Of a stretch of DNA of 14,144 nucleotides, positions 8,291-14,144 are shown one piece after another. Both the position numbers and the translations under genes were made by a program. Source of the DNA: Octopus sinensis (taxonomy: Eukaryota); assembly GCF_006345805.1 (NCBI RefSeq), contig NW_021825877.1, forward strand, positions 1-14,144. Direction: 5' to 3'. Position 1 is the stretch's first letter. Each line of letters begins with the position of its first letter. The notes below the pieces were generated by a model. It was not told where the DNA came from and did no database searches. It was given only the letters and a program-made list of their open reading frames with translations.

Positions 8291-8292
8291 TA

Positions 8293-8348
<56 letters not shown>

Positions 8349-8382
8349 GTGTGTGGTGTTTGTGTGTTTATATATATGTATG

Positions 8383-8434
<52 letters not shown>

Positions 8435-8480
8435 ATAATATATTATATATATATATACATACATATATAAATGTATACAT
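8286..8480. repeat. Compound (TA)n/(TG)n microsatellite
   Basis: Direct inspection. Confidence 0.95.
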
Positions 8481-8855
8481 ATGCAAAATTTATTTGTGTG
8501 TGACTGTACATGTGTGTAATATATAGTATAATGTATAAGTCGTAGCAGTGAACGGGTGGTTACTATGTGAGGGGTGGAGTCTCACGCCATACAGGTCCCA
8601 GGGGATGAGATTCTTGCCCATAAGGCGAATCAGAAACATCAACAACACTCAAAAATTTCGCAAACGAATGAAAAGTCGAGTAATGCAATGAAACATGTAG
8701 GGCCATGTTTCTGGCTATAAATTGTGGTAAACTTTCCAGAAGCTTCTAGAACGAGACAGAATTGCTCCCTAAAGAGATCAAGGATCGTTTGAGATGTAAA
8801 ATGGCTGTATAACTTTTCCTTTGATCGACCCGACTGAAAAGTAAAATATTCATCA

Positions 8856-9002
8856 TGTGTATGTGTCTGTGTGGTGTGTGTGTGTGTGTATAAATATACA
8901 CACACTCACACATAAATACGAACACACACAAATACGCAGAGAGAAAGAGAGAGAGGGAAACGTACAGAGAGGTGGAGAGATACATTCGGTTTTATATATA
9001 TA

Positions 9003-9035
<33 letters not shown>

Positions 9036-9215
9036 CTGTGTATATTTACGGGTATATATTTGCGGTAGGCATCTCATAGTGTGCAAGAATTATCTATCTA
9101 TCTGTCTGTCTGTATATGTATGTGTGTGCGTGTGTGTGCACCCATGCATATATGTTTGTGTGTGGTGTGTGTGTGTGTGTGTGTTTGTGTCTGTGAGTGT
9201 ATTTATTTGTGTGCG
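8856..9215. repeat. Degenerate compound (TG)n/(CA)n/(GA)n/(TA)n block
   Basis: Direct inspection. Confidence 0.85.
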
Positions 9216-9334
9216 TATACGGATGTATCGTTATACTCTTGTATTCTTAGAGAGAAGCCAGTGCGCAACACGTCCAAGTGATTCAGTCGATGGTATTCGC
9301 TCTAGGACATGTTTCAGTGAGCTCTCTCTCTCTC

Positions 9335-9746
9335 TTTTTTACTCTTTTACTTGTTTCAGTCATTTGACTGCGGTCATGCTGGAGCACCGCCTTTAGTCGA
9401 GCAAATCGACCCAAGGACTTATTCTTTGTAAGCCTAGTACTTATTCTTTCGGTCTCTTTTACCGAACCGCTATGTGACGGGGACGTAAACACACCAGCAT
9501 CGGTTGTCAAGCAATGCCAGGGGGACAAACACAGACACACAAACATACACACACATACATATACATATATATACATATATACGACAGGCTTCTTTCAGTT
9601 TCCGTCTACCAAATCCACTCACAAGGCATTGGTCGGCCCGGGGCTATAGCAGAAGACACTTGCCCAAGATGCCACGCAGTGGGACTGAACCCGGAACCAT
9701 GTGTTTGGTTAGCAAGCTACTTACCACACAGCCACTCCTGCGCCTA
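9335..9746 (-). mobile_element. SINE family A, full length, least diverged copy
   Basis: Minus strand reads taggcgcaggagTGGCTGTGTGGtaagtagcttgct...ccgGGTTCAGTCCcactgcgtggcatcttgggcaagtgtcttct (CORE-like), then the tail ccagcatgaccgcagtcaaatgactgaaacaagtaaaagagtaaaa. Confidence 0.92.
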
Positions 9747-9799
9747 TATATCGAGCTGTTAATGTTATCGGAATATTTTTTATCAAACTCTATATTTTT

Positions 9800-11530
9800 T
9801 AATTCTATTTTGTTTCTTTACTGGTGTCAGCTGAAGAGCTACGGCCATACTGGGGTTCTGCTGTTAGCTTTACTATACTTTCATCAATTGAAACCTCTGA
9901 TATTTAGCATTTTGTGAATGATGGAGTTTGATGCGCTGCCCTCATCTGTGTTTTCTGCCGTGAGAGAGAATCAATCGGAATCGTTGATAAGAGGACATCC
10001 AGTTTTGTTTTGAAGACACCCACATTCACATCATGCAGGGGCCTGAGGGTTTTTGGGAAGGATATTGAAGAGCCACGGGACCTTGAAACCCAAGCTGTTA
10101 TTGTGTCTGGTCCTGTATTCTGATGGCAATGTCGGGAATTTTGGCATTATGCGACCCCTTCCGTTATATATGTAACTTTTAATGCCAATGTTTGGTACAA
10201 GTTCTTCAAGGATTTCCCTGACGTATATCACTGCAGATCTTTTTCAACTTCTTTCTATGGAGTAAAACCTTAACTGTTTCAGTTTCCCCGTGGCTGACAT
10301 GTCGCATTGAGACGATCTTCTCTGTGTAGCTTCGCTAGATTGCTTCGGGTTCCATGGTTAATTTTACACCACCTGGCAACCATAGTTAGGAGAAGTATAC
10401 TAAACGACTGAGGACAAGTGTCTTCCAGAGGACCAACATGTTTTCCTGTTCTCTTGTTATGAAAGTTCGAAGGATCCACCCGGCCACCCGTCTACATTTT
10501 ATTGCCAACTTAGTAAATGGCATCTGGAAAGATGCATCATTACGCATGTCAATACTCAGGTCACGCTCTGATTCAGGGTTTGCAGACCCTCCTGAGCCAG
10601 TGTATCTTGTCTGCATTTCATCTAGCTTTGTGTGCTCGTAGGGAAGAGATTGGAATTTTCCAGCATTAAGATGCATATTATTGCCTTCAGGCCACCGCTC
10701 TATTGCGTACAACACTTGTTACGCAACATCTCAAGGGTTCTGTATCCTCTGAGACACTTTCGTATCATCTAGCAAGGGTGGCAATCTGAGGAGTTCAGGG
10801 CATGTTTGAGAAGGCCACTATGAATAGCATTGGCTCCAAGAGGCACGCCCTGTTGGTCACAACCCATATTTTGCGTTTTCATGGAGGTGACCCCGTTGAC
10901 TACCACTGAGTTTTGTCTTTTAGAAAGTCATGAAGTCACTCTCCATGTTTTCCGACTATGCCGAGATTATGCAGCTTGTGACATATCCTACAATGGTCGA
11001 CTTTATCAAACGCTTTTGCAAAGTCGAGATATCTCGCGTCCATTTTGAGTTGTTGGGCAGCTGCTTTAACACCCATTCATCTGTCTGCTCGAAAAACCGT
11101 GCTGGGTGTCAGTCAGTAAGTCATTATCTTCAAGGAACGCAACTAGTTTCCTTCCGACCTACTCGCTCTATGAATTTACAGATATGTAAGGTCAGGGAGA
11201 TAGGCATATAGTTTTATAGCAGCTACTCTACTTTCTCCTTTATGGATAGGGCTTATTATTCCCTCCTTCAATTTGCCTGAGCTTTTAACGATCGCAAGGA
11301 AGCTATGGAAAAGAAGCTGCAGTGGTTTTGCAAAGGATTGTTTGCATAATTTGAGGAGGATTGCTGGGCATCAATGAGGACCAGCAGCTGAGTTTGTGTC
11401 TGCCTCATCTGTGGCCAGAATTACATCTTCCAATTGTTACTACCCTACATTTTACATCTGTTGTGGGGAAGAGTTCTACAGGGATGTTGATTGCATGTAC
11501 AGTAAGGGTGGGTTGAAAGCACTGAAGTAA
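9800..11530 (-). mobile_element. 5'-truncated, heavily decayed CR1-group LINE ORF2 (reverse transcriptase) with 3' UTR
   Basis: Minus-strand motifs in the correct order: SAAGP, IISPIHKG, NYMPISLT, TQHGF, YLDFAKAFDKVDH (~11031-10993), GVP/LEPMLFI, DDTKV, NNMHLNAGKFQ, GWILRTF, LFNILP, FKTKLD, SNSI. Many frameshifts and stops. Confidence 0.92.
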
Positions 11531-11768
11531 TGGCCCTGTACGGCAACGCACCGAGGCCATTTATTTGAAATACTTAAAAAAAAAAACGTTTTACGGTTTC
11601 ATTTGATACTTTTCGATAACCCAGACTATTTTGTCTTCTCTTTTCTGTTTCACGGGAGATTTTCATATATTTCTAAATTTCAATCAGTGTTGCTTCAAAG
11701 CGGGAATTTGCACTGCTATTGAGTTCTCTGCTTATATATGTCTATATGTATATGTACATATATATATA

Positions 11769-11995
11769 AGGCGGCGAGCTGGCAGAAACGTTAGCGTCCC
11801 GGGCGAAATGCTTAGCGGTATTTCGTCTGACGTTATGTTCTGAGTTCAAATTCCGCCGAGGTAGACTTTGCCTTTCATCCTTTCGGGGTAGATAAATAAA
11901 GTACCAGTTTCGCACTGGGGTCGATGTAATCGACTTAATCCATTTGTCTGTCCTTGTTTGTCCCCTCTATATTTAGCCCCTTGTGGGTAGTAAAG

Positions 11996-12000
<5 letters not shown>
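11769..12000 (+). mobile_element. SINE family B, full length
   Basis: aggcggcgagctggcagaaacgttagc...gagttcaaattccgccgagg...ctttgcctttcatcctttcgggg...gccccttgtgggtagtaaagaaata, flanked by (TA)n on both sides. Confidence 0.92.
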
Positions 12001-12037
<37 letters not shown>

Positions 12038-12169
12038 TCATATACTTACATATATACACGCACACATGCAGCACACACATATTTATTATATATATATGTG
12101 CATGTACATATATATATATATATATATATATGTGTATGTATGTATGTATATATGTGTGTGTGTGTGTGT
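12001..12169. repeat. Compound (TA)n/(CA)n/(TG)n microsatellite
   Basis: Direct inspection. Confidence 0.9.
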
Positions 12170-12274
12170 CATTGTTCAGTTTTATTTCAAGATTTTTTGC
12201 CAATAGAAAAAGAGTCGGTTTCTAACCTAGATCCAACGTTCCTTCATTGGAATTACAGTATCAACAACAGAGTA

Positions 12275-12368
12275 TGTTTGTGTGTGTGCATGTGTGTGTG
12301 TATGTATGTATGTATGTATGTATGTATGTATGTATGTACGCACGTATGTATGTATGCATGTATGTATG
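12275..12368. repeat. (TG)n/(TATG)n microsatellite
   Basis: Direct inspection. Confidence 0.9.
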
Positions 12369-12394
12369 AAGATTTGTATGTTTTGCTATATGTA

Positions 12395-12763
12395 TGTATT
12401 CCCATGCATATAGTTACACTTTTAGACATGTTCATACATATTTAAATGATAAATTTAAGCAAAGTTTTGCAGATCTTTACAGTTCCAGTGATGGATTGGA
12501 TCTGTAGTCTTCGGATTAGCTTTCTCCTTTCTGGTTTTGAGAAGCCTAATTTCTCAAGATTGGTATTTAGGCAATGTGTTATATATCTCAAGGTCCCATT
12601 AATTTCAGGTATAAGCCTGAATTTGTAATCTGGATAGAATAACTGTAGATTTTTTAATAGTTCAGCACAGGTATTTTATTTTTCCCTAAATTATTATATC
12701 AGGTCTGTTGTGCTTTCATTTTATTGAGGTCTTCACTGGTACATTCCACCAGTACTCCTTTTT
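12395..12763 (-). mobile_element. Decayed RLE-type non-LTR retrotransposon 3' end (second family), internally deleted
   Basis: Manual minus translation gives KKEYWWNVPVKTSIK*KHNRPDIII, then after a deletion NLQLFYPDYKFRLIPEINGTLRYITHCLNTNLEKLGFSKPERRKLIRRLQIQSITGTVKICKTLLKFII* (stop 12444-12442). It contains the RPD motif and a degenerate PIIIGALG motif. Not present in the ORF track. Confidence 0.82.
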
Positions 12764-13112
12764 ATGTATGTATGTATAGTTCTATAGTTAAATAAGATTC
12801 GGGTAAAAATTTGTTGAATGCTATGCAAAGCTCGTCCACGGTTATTGGCTACCTGATGTCATCATACATTGGAAATATTCCTGCTACTGGATATACATGA
12901 ATTCCATAGCAGCTGTGGAATTTATACAGATAAATATATAAATAATGGATAATGGAATAAACGAGATTCTTTAATCAATCTAAATAAAGTATATCCTTCA
13001 TTCCATTTTCTACCATTTGTCTATATATACATTTATATGTATATGCACGTACACGTACAGACAGACACTCACACACCCACACATGTATATATGTATGTAT
13101 GTATGTATACAT

Positions 13113-13328
13113 GAAGTTAATCCAAACATGAAAACACAAAGAGAAAACACAACAACGCGAGGACGTGGAACAAGTACAATGTTATTGGACGCTCAGGAAG
13201 GAAGGGAAGAAGGAGGATTTAACGTTTCGAGCCGGAGCTCTTCGTCAGAAACATAGGAAAAGGAAAGATCCAAGGAAGGAAGACAGAGGGAAAAAATCGC
13301 CAACGGTACACACGCGGTCACATTTTGA
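13113..13328 (-). mobile_element. Short non-coding insert carrying a minimal hammerhead motif (Penelope-like pLTR-type remnant)
   Basis: A 216-bp complex sequence flanked by identical 14-mers atgtatgtatacat (13099-13112, 13329-13342), with a hammerhead motif at 13217-13252. Confidence 0.65.
13217..13252 (-). ncRNA. Minimal hammerhead ribozyme motif (dimer type)
   Basis: Minus strand reads guuu-CUGACGA-a-gagc-uccg-gcuc-GAAA-cg-UU-aaau. The core is present with one extra A, stem II is a perfect 4 bp, and palindromic AACGUU stands in place of stem III. Confidence 0.6.
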
Positions 13329-13564
13329 ATGTATGTATACATACATACATTCATACATGTATATATATATAATACATACATACATTCACACACACACTGG
13401 GGCACTTGCATCCATGTATCATATGTACGTACCTTTCCAGTGGGTATGTGTTGTGGTTTGTCATTTGCTGGCCAACAATAAACACCTTATTGATGTTCTC
13501 GTCTCTCTGAGTCTTCGTTCCGGTTTTAAGTTGAAGGTGTGTATGCATGTGAATATATGCATAT

Positions 13565-13835
13565 CTGTGTCTAAGTGTGTGCATATTTGTGTGTGTGTGT
13601 GTGTGTGTGTATTGTATTTCTTCCTCCCCTCCCCCTCTCTCTCTGAATCTTTGTGCTTGTGTGTCTGTATGTATATTCACGCGTGTGTGTGTGTGTGTGT
13701 GTGCTTGGGAGCATATATGTGTGTATTTATTGTTTTTTTTTTCATTCTGTCTCCCTGTAAATGTGTGTATGTGTGTGTGTGTATGTGTTTGTGTTTGTGT
13801 GTGAGTGTATGAGAGAGAGAGAGAGAGAGAGAGAG
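13565..13835. repeat. Degenerate (TG)n and (GA)n microsatellites
   Basis: Direct inspection. Confidence 0.85.
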
Positions 13836-14043
13836 GAAGGGGTTGAATGGGTGGTAGGCAGTTGGGTGGGGGGTGGGGTGACGAGGTTGATGACAACAAT
13901 CTGTGCCCTGTCCCTCCTTTCACGAATCGTTGACTTCATGACTGATGCCGTTTCCTGTGAAATGTTTTCTTACAACGGAACACAAACCAGACCAGGCTCT
14001 ACACACGCACCACCACCGCAGCACACGCTGCAATCACCTCTAG

Positions 14044-14044
<1 letters not shown>

Positions 14045-14091
<47 letters not shown>

Positions 14092-14144
14092 GCTACTGCT
14101 GCTGCTGCTACCACTGCAGCTACTACTACTACTACTACTACTGC
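14045..14144. repeat. (CTA)n/(CTG)n trinucleotide repeat
   Basis: Direct inspection; runs to the window end. Confidence 0.95.

Noticed and set aside
8690-8711. Hairpin gaaacatg-tagggc-catgtttc
   Set aside because: An isolated 8-bp stem is expected by chance; no supporting context.
9670-9746. tRNA genes at the SINE heads
   Set aside because: A/B boxes are present but no cloverleaf is evident, and they continue into SINE bodies.
9825-9903. Plus-strand CTGAAGA...GAAAC as a further hammerhead
   Set aside because: No valid stem II/III or GUH triplet; better explained as the minus-strand LINE 3' stem-loop.
1-14144. CRISPR array, operons, prokaryotic promoters or terminators
   Set aside because: No repeat-spacer periodicity or gene-dense organisation; the sequence is animal repeat-rich DNA.

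Overview
This is eukaryotic, not prokaryotic, DNA: an AT-rich, microsatellite-saturated intronic or intergenic stretch. The repeat families look like those of an octopus/coleoid cephalopod genome (inferred from SINE recognition, not verified). No intact protein-coding gene is supported, and nearly all tracked ORFs are microsatellite artefacts. Contents: two decayed CR1-group LINE ORF2 fragments (6236-7316 +, ~9800-11530 -); two decayed restriction-like-endonuclease (RLE, R4/Dong-like) retrotransposon fragments (1-424 +, ~12395-12763 -); six copies of two tRNA-derived SINE families; and two fold-back elements in (TA)n (734-1564, 1731-1984). The most notable signal is a set of minimal type I hammerhead ribozyme motifs on the minus strand, all inside short non-coding inserts in microsatellites. 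One has an intact core and a very long stem II (883-984), one is compact (13217-13252) and two are degenerate. Also notable: a sequence-variable but structure-conserved 3' stem-loop shared by both LINEs and one SINE family, a strong CTCF-like site, and a candidate host micro-exon.
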